Positions 39,040 through 49,700 of a stretch of DNA of 64,000 bases are shown in pieces. How positions within the stretch are numbered: position 1 is the first letter of the stretch; each line of letters opens with the position of its first letter. The notes beneath the pieces are model-generated. The model searched no databases, had not been told where the DNA came from, and saw only the letters and a program-made list of their open reading frames with translations. Made by a program: the position numbers and the translations under genes. This DNA is from Planctomycetota bacterium (lineage in GTDB: Bacteria; Planctomycetota; UBA8108; SXIK01): contig CBDCXR010000004.1 of assembly GCA_965223845.1 (NCBI GenBank), positions 5,184,001 through 5,248,000 of the forward strand, given 5' to 3'.

Positions 39040-40947
39040 TCACTCGCAGGTCGCGCGACAACCGTCGCCTGGAAGTGGAACGCACTCCGCGATCGGACCG
39101 GGCCCGTCGCCGAAGAGGTGCGTCGCAAGACCCACCACGTCGACGATGTTGAATCCCCCGTCGCGGTTCACGTCGAGTACCTGCGTCGTTCCGTCGGTCG
39201 ACTCGCACGGAGCCAAGGCGTCCGAAAGCAACAGGAATCCCGGGAACAAGTTCGCCACCATGCACGTCACGTCGGCGATGGTGTTGCGACCGTTTCCGTC
39301 GCAGTCTCCCGAGCTGATCGGAGTCAGCGACGACGCATCCGCGCCGAAGCGAACGCGGATATTGTCGAAATCGTAGTTGTCCGCAGCGCCTCCCGTCCGG
39401 GCGGCGACTCCCACCCGAACTGGATTCATGATCTGAAGGTCCGGCACGAGGCCCGAGAGGCCGTGCACGCTTCCGTCCGTTCCGTCCACGATCCGGAACG
39501 CGACTTCCGTGCCGCCATCGGTCTGAACGAATCGCACGAAGCACTCGTTGAACACCCCGTTCACGAGATCGATCTCCGTTTCGCGGTCGAATCGCTGGGC
39601 GACGATGACGCTCCCGTTCCAGTTGAGCGAGACGTGGTTCCCCACGTTCGGCTCCGGGTTCGCGACCCCTTCCGTGTCGCCCGTCGTGTCGTTGCTGAAC
39701 GTGTCGAAGCCGACACCGATCGTCCCCGCGAGGTTCGGCTCTTCCCAAGGAACGAAATCCATGAACTGGTCGCCGCCCGTATCGCCCCACATCGTCGTAT
39801 CGAAGAGAAGAAACGACCCGCCGTCGGCGCGGCCCGCCGCACCTCCGTCGAGACCGCGGTACTGAAACCGCGCTTCGATGATCGCCGTGTCGTCCGACGT
39901 CTTGTCGAACACGCACAGGTTGCTCTGGCTGCCTACTTCCGGAGCCGCTCTCAGGAAAGCGTCCGCCTCGGTCGGCTCGGTCGGAACAAACGGGGTGTTC
40001 GGCTGGATCGACGGACCGGGACCGCTCGAAAGCTGGACGAGCGAGAACGGAGTTCCGCCTACCAATGTCGGCGGCGTCGCCGGCGTTATGTCGACCGGAT
40101 CTTCGAACGTCTCGACAAGGGTCGCCGCTATGGGCAGCTCGTTTCCTACCCCTGCGAGTATGTTGTCGAGATCCTGGTTCGCATTCGCGCCGCCGGTTCG
40201 GCCGTGGAAGGCGAGCCGAAATTCGTACGGGGTGAGGCCGGGGACGGGTACGTCGAGGATCGGTGCGATCGCACTTCCGCCGCCCACGATATTGACCGTC
40301 ACCAACGGATCTCCATCGCCGAACTGAACAAAAATATTGGCGACAAAAACCGTGGCGGGATCTGCCGTTTCAAAGAGTGGAATATCAGTGTCGGCGATCG
40401 AGACGTGCTCGAGAAGTTGACCGTCGTAGTGGAGCGACACCGAGTTGGGCTCACTCGCATTCAGGTCCGGCTCGTCCGTACCCGCGTTGTTGAACGTGTC
40501 GAAGCCCACTCCGAGGGAGCCGGCGAGGTTCGGTTCCTCGGAGAACCCTGGCGCCGGATTCGTCGCATCCGCACCGTGAATCGCCGTATCGAGAAGCGCG
40601 ACGCCGAATCCGTCCGCACCGCCGGGACCGTTGTCGATGCGGAATTCGAACGCCGCGGCGGCGTACGTATTCCCCGTCATGTCGATCGCCTGGTTGAACG
40701 ACAGGCTGTTGCTCTGGCTGTTCACCGCCTCGGTGAGGCGACAAAAGTTGCCGTCCCAGCCGCCCGGATCGATCGACGGACCGGGATCCGACCCGAACTG
40801 ATCGAGACGCAGTCGAGGCGGGTCGGCTGGGGGATGGAACACCGACGTGAAATTCTGCTCGGTATCGGCAGCAGAGACGGGTGCTGCGGTCGCCGACAGA
40901 AGCGCGAGACTTCCGAGCGTAGCAGCGACGAGGAAACGCGAACGCAT
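39040..40947 (-). CDS. Secreted protein with two legume-lectin-like domains and a C-terminal dockerin-like domain
   Basis: Signal peptide MRSRFLVAAT; duplicated ADG...EEPNLAG..GVGFDTF...VSL...RTGGA...DNI; tail GDCDGNG...DVNRDGGFNIVD. Confidence 0.8.
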   Translation of the reverse strand: MRSRFLVAATLGSLALLSATAAPVSAADTEQNFTSVFHPPADPPRLRLDQFGSDPGPSIDPGGWDGNFCRLTEAVNSQSNSLSFNQAIDMTGNTYAAAAFEFRIDNGPGGADGFGVALLDTAIHGADATNPAPGFSEEPNLAGSLGVGFDTFNNAGTDEPDLNASEPNSVSLHYDGQLLEHVSIADTDIPLFETADPATVFVANIFVQFGDGDPLVTVNIVGGGSAIAPILDVPVPGLTPYEFRLAFHGRTGGANANQDLDNILAGVGNELPIAATLVETFEDPVDITPATPPTLVGGTPFSLVQLSSGPGPSIQPNTPFVPTEPTEADAFLRAAPEVGSQSNLCVFDKTSDDTAIIEARFQYRGLDGGAAGRADGGSFLLFDTTMWGDTGGDQFMDFVPWEEPNLAGTIGVGFDTFSNDTTGDTEGVANPEPNVGNHVSLNWNGSVIVAQRFDRETEIDLVNGVFNECFVRFVQTDGGTEVAFRIVDGTDGSVHGLSGLVPDLQIMNPVRVGVAARTGGAADNYDFDNIRVRFGADASSLTPISSGDCDGNGRNTIADVTCMVANLFPGFLLLSDALAPCESTDGTTQVLDVNRDGGFNIVDVVGLATHLFGDGPGPIAECVPLPGDGCRATCE

Positions 40948-41291
40948 GAGACCCTCCTTCTCCCTCGAGGGATGCGGCCACACGGCGGTTCCGGATTCCT
41001 CGAGCTAGATCAACAGCGCCTCCGACTCGTCGAAACGAGCGGAGCGGACACACCCCGGCACATCAGCCCAACCCTACACGGAATTCAGTATAGAGATTTT
41101 GACCGCCGCCAGATACGGCGTTGTCGGAATCGGGGGGTAGTCCGGCGAGGGCTCCCGAACAAGAGGCGAATGCGACATCGGGGGTGATCGCCCCCCAACA
41201 AGCGTGAACTCGAATGTTCACGCGCTTCCCGAGTCCGTCGTTTCGGCTCCTTCGGGAACGGGAACGTGTACGGGGAAGAAAGCCAAGACGC

Positions 41292-43793
41292 CTACTTGTT
41301 CGCGCACTCCCGCGACACGAGCCGGAAACCGAACGTCGAGCTGCGTGCCGTCGGCACGTACCCGAATCGCGTAGCGGCACGAAAGTGACGCGCGGCAACG
41401 AGGTTCCACGATCCGCCGCGAAGGGCGCGGGTTCCGCTCTTCTCGTCGAACCAGCTCTGCGTCCATTCGCGGATCGTGCCCGCGAGATCCCGGACCCCGT
41501 AGGGCGACACGTCCTCCGCGAACGCGCCGACCGGCTCAGGTTGCGCGAGCTCGGGGCGCGAGAGACCGCCCTTCGCAAACGTCCACTCGAAGCGATCGCC
41601 CCAGGGGTGAAAGCGCCCGTCGGCGCCGCGGGCGGCCTTCTCCCAAGCGTCCTCGGTGGGGAGCTCGTACCTTCGATCGTCGCGCTTCGAGCGCCACTCG
41701 GCGTACGCGACCGCCGAGTGCCAGCTGACGCCGAAGACGGGACAGCTCAGCTCGAATCCGGCCGCGTACCGCGTTCGCACATCACCTTCGACGAGCCCTT
41801 CGACGGGGCGGTGCTTCCCGCCCGCGTCGCGTTCGACGAACACCTCGTTCGCCTGTCGTGGGACGTGCTCTTCCGCGTCGTCGCCGAGCGCGTCGAGAAA
41901 CTCGCAATATTCGCCGAGTGTCACGGGAAAACGCGCTACGTAGACATCGTCCACGTAGACCGAAGTCGAAGCCGCGCCGCCGTAACTCTCCGGATCGCCG
42001 CCACACGTCACCTCACCGGCGGGAATGTAGAGGAATCCCTCGCCGATCTCGCGCTCCGTTCGCAGCGTCACCGAAATCGATTTCGACTCGGAGCGCCCGA
42101 TCACGACCGGAACCGACGTATCGCGGAAGCCGTCCTTTCGGATCGTGACGAGATAGGATCCCATCGGAAGCGAGAGCTCCGCGACCGGAGTTTCGCCGAG
42201 ACTGCGCACTTCGATCGGCGTGAGGACGCGCCCCTTCTCCTCGTAGCGATGAAGCACCGCCGTTCCGCCCGGAGGATCCGTCTCGACCGCGAGCGAGCCG
42301 TCTCCCTTCAGCTTCTCGGCGTACCGCCCGTCGTCGTGCGCCTCGACGAGATCGCGGTACACCGCGGCGTCGCGTGCTCGCCGTTCTTCTTCCGCACGTA
42401 CGAACCACTGCCAATACAGATCCGCGAGGGCCCCCCGCGCTTCCTCGCAGTCGGGATCGGTCTGAAGCGCCGCGTTGAGCGATGCGACGGCGCGCGACGA
42501 CAGCCGCGTCCCGTCCATCTCCAGCTTTTGAATCGCGTCCTCGATGCGCCAGAGGAGTTTTTTCTTTTCGACGTCGTCGTGGGCGGCGATCACCGCGCTC
42601 GTCGATTCTGCTTGCTCGCGAAGACGCGCGCGCTTCTCTTCGAGAGTGTCGTACTCGCGGAGCAGTGTCCGGCTCTCGCTGACGAGCTCTAGAGCCTCGT
42701 TCCGCCTCCGCTCGCGATCTCGCGTACCTTCGATGTAGCTCTGAAGGTCGCTCTGAAACTCACGCGCGTCGGCGTGTCGCTCACTTCGATCGGCCGAGAG
42801 CGCCTTCATGCAGATCGCTTCGAGGACCGGAGGGATGCGCGCCCCGGGCGCGACGTCACTCGGCGCAGCGACCTCGCCTCGACGCGCGAGATCGAGAATC
42901 TCCATCACGTTCCGGCCGACGAACGGCGGGCGAAAACAGAGGCATTCGTAGAGAACACCGCCGAGACCGAAGACGTCGGCGCGGCTGTCGAGCGAGTCGA
43001 TCTCGCCGCGCGCCGCCTCGGGCGAGATGTAGGACGGAGTTCCCTGGACTGCGCCGGCGAGCGTCGATATCCCGCTCTCCGTCCGCGCGGTGAGCACGGG
43101 GTCCTCGCCGCTGAGATCGGGATCGCTCGGCGCGTCGATGACTTTCGCGAGCCCCCAGTCCATGACGAGGACCTCTCCGTAGTCCCCCACCATGATGTTC
43201 TCCGGCTTGAGATCGCGATGGAGCACGCCGCGCACATTCGCGTAGTGAACTCCCATCGCCGCCTGCTGGAGCGTTTGCGCGATGCGGATCGGCGTAAACT
43301 CCCGGCGGACGTCCGGGCGACCGAGAGCGAGATCGCGCGCGATCTCGCGGAGAGTTCGCCCCTTCACGAGCTTCATCGTGAAGAAGACACGCCCGTCGGC
43401 TTGGACGCCCATCTCGTGAACGGGCGGAATGTTCGGGTGCTCGAGCTGCCCGCAGACCTGCGCCTCCTCGACAAAGCGGCTCAGCTTGTCGACGTTCTGC
43501 CCGATGTCCTCGCGGACGACCTTCATCGCGACCCAGCGGCGAAGGTCGTTGTCGTAAGCCTTGAGCACGGAACCCATTCCGCCGCGACCGATCTCGCTCG
43601 CCACCTCGTACTTGTCTTCGGGAGGCGATGATCCGACGACAGGGGGCGCGTCCGCACTGCCGTCCGGGCGGAGCGGCGGCGCGTCGGAGGCGTCGCCGAG
43701 GACGTCCTGAAGAAGATGGAGGATGCTCTGCGTTCCGACGACGTGTTCCGTCACCGTCCGCTTGAGCGGTTTTCCCTCGGGGCTCTTCGCCAT
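41292..43793 (-). CDS. Ser/Thr protein kinase with PEGA-like and FGE-sulfatase (SUMF1) domains
   Basis: IGRGGMG, VAMK, HRDLKPEN, MDWG, GTPSYISPE; VETDPPG; LPTEDAWEKAARG, DLAGTIREW, RGGSW, FGFR. Confidence 0.92.
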   Translation of the reverse strand: MAKSPEGKPLKRTVTEHVVGTQSILHLLQDVLGDASDAPPLRPDGSADAPPVVGSSPPEDKYEVASEIGRGGMGSVLKAYDNDLRRWVAMKVVREDIGQNVDKLSRFVEEAQVCGQLEHPNIPPVHEMGVQADGRVFFTMKLVKGRTLREIARDLALGRPDVRREFTPIRIAQTLQQAAMGVHYANVRGVLHRDLKPENIMVGDYGEVLVMDWGLAKVIDAPSDPDLSGEDPVLTARTESGISTLAGAVQGTPSYISPEAARGEIDSLDSRADVFGLGGVLYECLCFRPPFVGRNVMEILDLARRGEVAAPSDVAPGARIPPVLEAICMKALSADRSERHADAREFQSDLQSYIEGTRDRERRRNEALELVSESRTLLREYDTLEEKRARLREQAESTSAVIAAHDDVEKKKLLWRIEDAIQKLEMDGTRLSSRAVASLNAALQTDPDCEEARGALADLYWQWFVRAEEERRARDAAVYRDLVEAHDDGRYAEKLKGDGSLAVETDPPGGTAVLHRYEEKGRVLTPIEVRSLGETPVAELSLPMGSYLVTIRKDGFRDTSVPVVIGRSESKSISVTLRTEREIGEGFLYIPAGEVTCGGDPESYGGAASTSVYVDDVYVARFPVTLGEYCEFLDALGDDAEEHVPRQANEVFVERDAGGKHRPVEGLVEGDVRTRYAAGFELSCPVFGVSWHSAVAYAEWRSKRDDRRYELPTEDAWEKAARGADGRFHPWGDRFEWTFAKGGLSRPELAQPEPVGAFAEDVSPYGVRDLAGTIREWTQSWFDEKSGTRALRGGSWNLVAARHFRAATRFGYVPTARSSTFGFRLVSRECANK

Positions 43794-43943
43794 CGCGCGA
43801 CTCGACTACCGGATCCCGGGACCGAGTCGCACGGCGCGACGCGGATCCGTGGGTTCATAGTAGTCGGCGCGTCGTGGGTCTGGAAAGAGGTCGTGGTGAA
43901 CTCCTCTTCAAGGACGAGAACACGCGCCGGCAGTACCAACGGC

Positions 43944-44540
43944 TCAAGTCAAGAGCTCCCGCAGCCTCCGCGCCGCGCGCATCTCACGCATGCGAACCGC
44001 CTCCGCGGAGATGCCGAGCTCGCGGCCGATCTCCGGCGAATTCTTGCCGGCGATACGAAGCTCGAGCACTCGTCGCTGGTCGTCCGGAAGCTGCGCGAGC
44101 GCGTCCTTCAGCTTCGCGCGAAGCTCGGACTTGACGAGCGCGGCGAGCGGATCGCGCGCTCCCGTCTCTCCGCCCTCGTCGGGAACGACATCGTCCGCCG
44201 CGTCGAAACCGATCTGCGGACGCTTTCGGCGCACCGCACGGCCGATCTTTCGCCGGAGGATGGTGCGCATCCAGCGGAAAAACTCGCCCTCCGATTCCCC
44301 GCGAAACTGTGACGCGTCGAGCCACCCGCTTCGAAGGGCGCTCTGCATGAGGTCGAGACTGTCGACGATGTCGCGCGCCCGATCGGACTGCGGGAGGAGC
44401 TTCCGCGCGATCGCGTGGAGCTGTCGCCCTTCCTGTTCGCGGCTCGCGAGCCGTTCGAAGATCGCGTTCCACGCCTCGCGGTCTCCGGCTCGCGCGCCGG
44501 TGAGGAGAAGTCGAAATTCGTTGTCATCGTTCGGAGCCAT
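43944..44540 (-). CDS. ECF sigma-70 factor
   Basis: ARAGDREAW, DLMQSA, F.GES..EFFRWM..I, LAQLPDDQRRVL, EIGRELGISAEAVRMR; start MAPNDD. Confidence 0.9.
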   Translation of the reverse strand: MAPNDDNEFRLLLTGARAGDREAWNAIFERLASREQEGRQLHAIARKLLPQSDRARDIVDSLDLMQSALRSGWLDASQFRGESEGEFFRWMRTILRRKIGRAVRRKRPQIGFDAADDVVPDEGGETGARDPLAALVKSELRAKLKDALAQLPDDQRRVLELRIAGKNSPEIGRELGISAEAVRMREMRAARRLRELLT

Positions 44541-45025
44541 CCCCTCGAAAGTAGTCCGGACGGACAGCGGAATCGACTGGAAACTCGTCGGGGTCACGCG
44601 GAGGCCCGCGGGCCCTTCGACGCCCACGATCGTGCGCTCCGCGTCCGTCCCGTCGCGACCACACGGGCCGTCGCAGCGATTTCTCGAATTGCGCTCGCAG
44701 CCACCGCCAAACTCGGTCGACGATCTGTCTCATCGGTGCCCCCTCTCGTTCGGGCTCGCTTGCGGTTCGAGCCCGGACGCGGCGAGACGCCGAATGATCC
44801 CAGGCTCTCTACGGTATCTGTGCCAGTCGGGGGGAGTGGCGTAACGCCGGGATCAGAATTTTCTTCCTTCTCGCCCGTTTCAGGCCCGACGAGAGGAGGC
44901 GCGGCACTCGTCGCGATTGGGTATAACGAGAGCTCCCTTCCGTGAAGGACCCCGAATGCCCTCGTGCTCGGCGCGGGAAGACTCCCGATCGAGCTCGACT
45001 CGCGAGGAGAAACACCGAGAACAGC

Positions 45026-46786
45026 ATGAAGCGAACCAGATTCATCGGAGTGTCTCTCCGCGCACTCCTTTTCGTGGCGATCGCCTCAGCGTGCGCCGCT
45101 GCCCCCGCCCAATCGATCCGCATCGATCCGTCGAGAACGCACTGGATCTGGCTCACCGAGCCCGCAGACGGAGACACGGCGTACTTTCGCCGCCGATTCG
45201 AGCTCCGGAGCGTTCGTTCGGCTCATGTCACGATCACGTGCGACAACGTCTACGAGCTGTTCGTGAATGGCGCCTACGTCGGCGCCGATCGCGAATGGAC
45301 GGAAGCGGAGACGTACGACATTTCGAAACACTTGAGGAGCGGGATGAACGTCGTCGCGGTACGCGGCACGAACGAAGGCGGCCCCGCCGCTCTCTCCGCT
45401 CAGATCAGCGTGGAGACCGATAGCGGCGAGACCGTCGTCATCGGAACCGACCGATCCTGGCGAGCACGTCAATCCCTCGTCCCGCGATGGACGGAGGCCG
45501 GAACCGATGCCGGCGACTGGCCTCCCGCCCGCGACCTCGGTGCGTTCGGCAGCACGCCGCCGTGGGGAAGCACCGTTCGCGTCGCGCAAACGCTGACTGC
45601 GCTCAGCGAATCCAGCGAGCGGCCAGAGCGCTCGGGAGAGCTCGTCGTCCTCCTCGGGAATACCGCGATCGAGCGCGAAGGTCGCTACGGCTACCTCGAG
45701 ACGGCGCTCACGATTCTCGCGCCGGGGGAACCGCTCCTCTTTCGCAATCTCGGCTGGAGCGGGGACACGGTCTTCGGTCACGCGCGCTCGTACTTCGGCC
45801 CCCCCGCCGAAGGCTTCGAGCGACTCCGGCGCCACCTCCGGCGCTTGCGGCCCGATCGAGTCCTCGTCGCCTACGGTGCGGTGGCTGCGTTCGAGGGTGA
45901 GCGCGGACTCGAAAAATTCACGCAAGGCTACCGGGTGCTCCTCGACAGCATCGCCGAAACCGGCGCGAAGGCGACACTCGTCACTCCGCTCCCGCACGAG
46001 AATCTCGGGATCCCACTCCCGAGCCCGCGCGCATACAACGAGAAGCTTGCGCTCTACGTCCGGCGCGTTCGCTCGATCGGAGCGGAGCGAGGCCTCGACG
46101 TCGTCGATCTCCACGGCCCCGTTCGCGACCATTTTCGATCGTCTCCGCAGTGGCGACTCACCGACAACAATGTCCACCTCACCGCCTTCGGTTACTGGTG
46201 GCTCGCGCCGGTCCTCGCGCGCGTGCTCGGAAGCGCGGATCCCACCTGGCGCGTGAGTGTCGCCCGCGAGAGCGTTTCCCCAGAGACGATCGGAACCAAG
46301 CTCACGAATCTTCGCCGGAGCGCCGAAGCCGTTTCGTTTTCCCTCCTCGACGATCGACTCCCGCTGCCGCCCCCGCCCGCGTCGAGCCCCGGGAGCGCGA
46401 CGGCGCTCGCTCCAACGCGGCTCCTCGTCGTCGAAGGGCTCCGACCGGGAATCTACGAGCTTCGCATCGACGGTGTTCCCGTTGCTCGGCATCGCGCGGC
46501 CGTCTGGGGAGACGGTGTCCGCGTGGCGCGCGGTCCGGAGTTCGACCAAGCTGACGCCCTGCGGCGGCTCGTCCTCACGAAGAACGAGCTCTACTTTCAT
46601 CGGTGGCGACCGCAAAACGAAACCTATCTCTTCGGCTTTCGTAAGCACGAGCAGGGCGAGCACGCGGTTGAAATCCCGATGTTCGACCCGCTCGTCGACG
46701 CAAAGGAAGTCGAGATCGCCGCGCTCAGAAAACCGCGGTCGCACGACTACACGCTCGCGCGCGTAGGAGAGGAGGCGAACCGATGA
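45026..46786 (+). CDS. Secreted SGNH/GDSL-like hydrolase with N-terminal galactose-binding (rhamnosidase-N-like) domain
   Basis: Signal peptide; WIW...YFRRRF...TCDNVYELFVNG; LLGNT, RNLGWSGD, TDNNVHL; WRPQNETYLFGFRKHEQG. Confidence 0.8.
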   Translation: MKRTRFIGVSLRALLFVAIASACAAAPAQSIRIDPSRTHWIWLTEPADGDTAYFRRRFELRSVRSAHVTITCDNVYELFVNGAYVGADREWTEAETYDISKHLRSGMNVVAVRGTNEGGPAALSAQISVETDSGETVVIGTDRSWRARQSLVPRWTEAGTDAGDWPPARDLGAFGSTPPWGSTVRVAQTLTALSESSERPERSGELVVLLGNTAIEREGRYGYLETALTILAPGEPLLFRNLGWSGDTVFGHARSYFGPPAEGFERLRRHLRRLRPDRVLVAYGAVAAFEGERGLEKFTQGYRVLLDSIAETGAKATLVTPLPHENLGIPLPSPRAYNEKLALYVRRVRSIGAERGLDVVDLHGPVRDHFRSSPQWRLTDNNVHLTAFGYWWLAPVLARVLGSADPTWRVSVARESVSPETIGTKLTNLRRSAEAVSFSLLDDRLPLPPPPASSPGSATALAPTRLLVVEGLRPGIYELRIDGVPVARHRAAVWGDGVRVARGPEFDQADALRRLVLTKNELYFHRWRPQNETYLFGFRKHEQGEHAVEIPMFDPLVDAKEVEIAALRKPRSHDYTLARVGEEANR

Positions 46787-49700
46787 AATCCTCCGTCACC
46801 GCCTCCATTCTTCCGACTCGCGCACTCGCGCTCGTTCTTTCGCTCGCGCCGCTTGCCGCGCTCGACGCTCAGCGCGGCCTCAAAAACATTCCCGATCCGA
46901 ATCCCGAGCTCGAGCGCCGATCGTTCGAGGTCGCCGAGGGGTTCGACGTGAATCTCTTCGCGTCCGAGCCGATGGTCCGGAATCCGATCCACATGAACTG
47001 GGACTCGGAGGGACGCCTCTGGGTCGCGACGAGCCCGATCTACCCGCACATCGAGCCGGGCGCTGAGGCGAACGATCAGATCGTCGTCCTCGAGGACGTC
47101 GACGGAGACGGCGTCGCCGACCGACACACGGTGTTCGCCGACGACCTCCTCATCCCGACGGCGGTCGTGCCGGGAGACGGCGGCGCATACGTGGCAAACT
47201 CGACCGAGCTCCTCCACATGGTCGACACCGACGGCGACGGACGCGCCGATCGCACGCGCGTCGTTCTCAGTGGATTCGGAACCGAGGACACGCACCACAT
47301 CCTCCACACGATCCTCTTCGGTCCCGACGGGCGCCTCTACTTCAACCAGTCGATCTACATCCACTCCCACGTGGAGACTCCGCACGGGGTTCGGCGTCTC
47401 GGCGGTGGCGGCGCGTGGCGATTCCGGCCGGAAACGATGGCGCTCGACGTGTTCATCCGCGGCTTCGTCAACTCCTGGGGTCACCGCTTCGACCGCTGGG
47501 GCCAGTCGTTCTTCACCGATGGGGCCTACGGTGAAGGCATCAACTACGCGTTTCCCGGCGCGGTCTTCGTGACCGCTGTGGGCGCGAAGCGCATCCTTCG
47601 CGGCCTCAACCCCGGCCAGCCGAAAGAGTGCGGACTCGAAGTCCTGAGTGGGAGACATCTCCCTGAGGACTGGTCCGGCTCTCTCGTCACGAACGACTTT
47701 CGCGCGAACCGCGTCGTGCGGTTCGCTCTCACCGAAGATGGGAGCGGGTTCGCATCGCGCCAAGTCGAAGACCTCGTCCGGACGAAGCATGTCGCGTTTC
47801 GGCCGATCGACGTCAAGATGGGACCCGACGGCGCGATCTACGTCGCCGACTGGTACAACCCGATCATCCAGCACGGAGAGGTGAGTTTTCGCGACGATCG
47901 TCGCGACCACGTTCACGGGCGCATCTGGCGGTTCACGAAGAAGGGCCGACCGCTCGCGCCTCGTCCGCACATCGTGGGCGCCGAAATCGCTCACCTTCTC
48001 GAGCTGCTCAAAGCGCCCGAAGATTGGACGCGACTCCACGCAAAGCTCGAATTGAAGGGCCGCGGCGCCGACGCGGTGACTCCCGCACTCGGTGAGTGGG
48101 TCGAAACGCTAGCGAGGAGCGATCCCGCGTTCGAGCACCACCGACTCGAGGCCCTCTGGACGTTTCAAGCCCTCGACTCGGTACACGACCCTCTGCTTCG
48201 CGCCGTGCTGGCGTCGCGCGATCACCGCGCGCGCGCGGCGGCGGTCCGTGTGCTCGCGGAGTGGCAGCCGCGGTTTCCCGACGCGCACGAGCTCCTGATG
48301 AGCGCCGTTCTCGACGGACATCCCCGCGTTCGCCTAGAGGCCGTGAACGCACTCCGCGCGAACGGATCGGCACGCGCGGCTGAGATCGCGATGCGCGCCC
48401 TCGACCAGCCGGTCGACGAGTTTCTCGACTTTGCGCTCTGGCTCACGGCGCGCGATCTTCAACCCGTGTGGCTCCCCGCGTTCGAGCGCGGGGAGATCAC
48501 CTTCGGCGGGAATCTCGATCACGTCGCATTCGCTCTTCGGTCGACGGGCAACTCGGCTGTACTCCGGCCTCTCATCGCCATGCTGCGCGGGGGGAAGATC
48601 ACCGCGGATAAGCGAGACGATGTGCTCGCCTTCGTCGCCGATGTCGGCGGAGCGGAGGAGCTGCAACTCGCGTTCGACTTCGCGCGGGACACTCGTGTGG
48701 GATCCGCCCTCGAACGAGCGCGCCTCCTCGATCGTCTTGTCGCGGCAAGCGAGCGACGGGGAGTCGTCGCAAGTGGCGCCGGCCCCGGCGTTCTCGAGCT
48801 GCTGAGATCGGACGACGCCCGACTCGCGCGCGCGGGAACTCGCGCGGCCGCCGCGTGGAAGATCGCCGATGCCGTCCCGCACCTCGTCGCGCTCGCGCGC
48901 GGACCGTCGAGCGTTCGCGCCGACGCGATCGACGCGCTCGGGTCGTTCGAAGACACCGGCGCGCGCGACGCTCTGCGCGCGTTCAGCACGTCCGCGGACA
49001 GCTTCTCGCTCCGATCGCGCGCGGCCGCCGCGCTCGCGCGGGTCGACCGATCCGCCGGCATCGCGCACGCGGTTCAGCTCCTTGGGTCTGCGTCCGCCGA
49101 AGAGGATCCGGCGCTGCTTCTGAACGCGATTCTTCGCCTCAAGGACGGTGCGGAGCAGCTCGCAGCGGCGATCGCCGGGACACGGATCGATCCCGCCGTC
49201 GCGCAAGCTGCGATCAACGCGGCCGAATCCACCGGACGAGAACTCGGCGAGCTCGTCAGCGCGCTCCGGGCGTCCGCCGGACTGACTCCGGTCGCGTCGC
49301 TCGGCGCGGAGAAGCTCGAACGACTCGCGACCGAGATCCTCACGAAGGGAAATCCGGCGCGCGGAGAATCGATCTACCGTCGGACTTCGCTCGCGTGCAC
49401 GACCTGTCACGCGATCGCGGGCGCGGGCGGCAAAGTCGGCCCGGACCTCATCAGTATCGGTGCGAGCGCACCGGTCGACTACCTCATCGACTCGCTCCTC
49501 GAGCCCAACAAGAAGATCAAGGAGGGATACCACCTCGTCGAGATCGTGACGAAAGACTTCGAGATCTACTCCGGAACGCTCGTCGGAAAGGACAAGGACC
49601 GCATCGTTCTCCGCGAGGCGTCGGGGGACGAAGTCGAACTCGCGACGGCCAACGTCGAAGAGGAGAACGTCGTCAATCGCTCGATGATGCCGGCGGGGCT

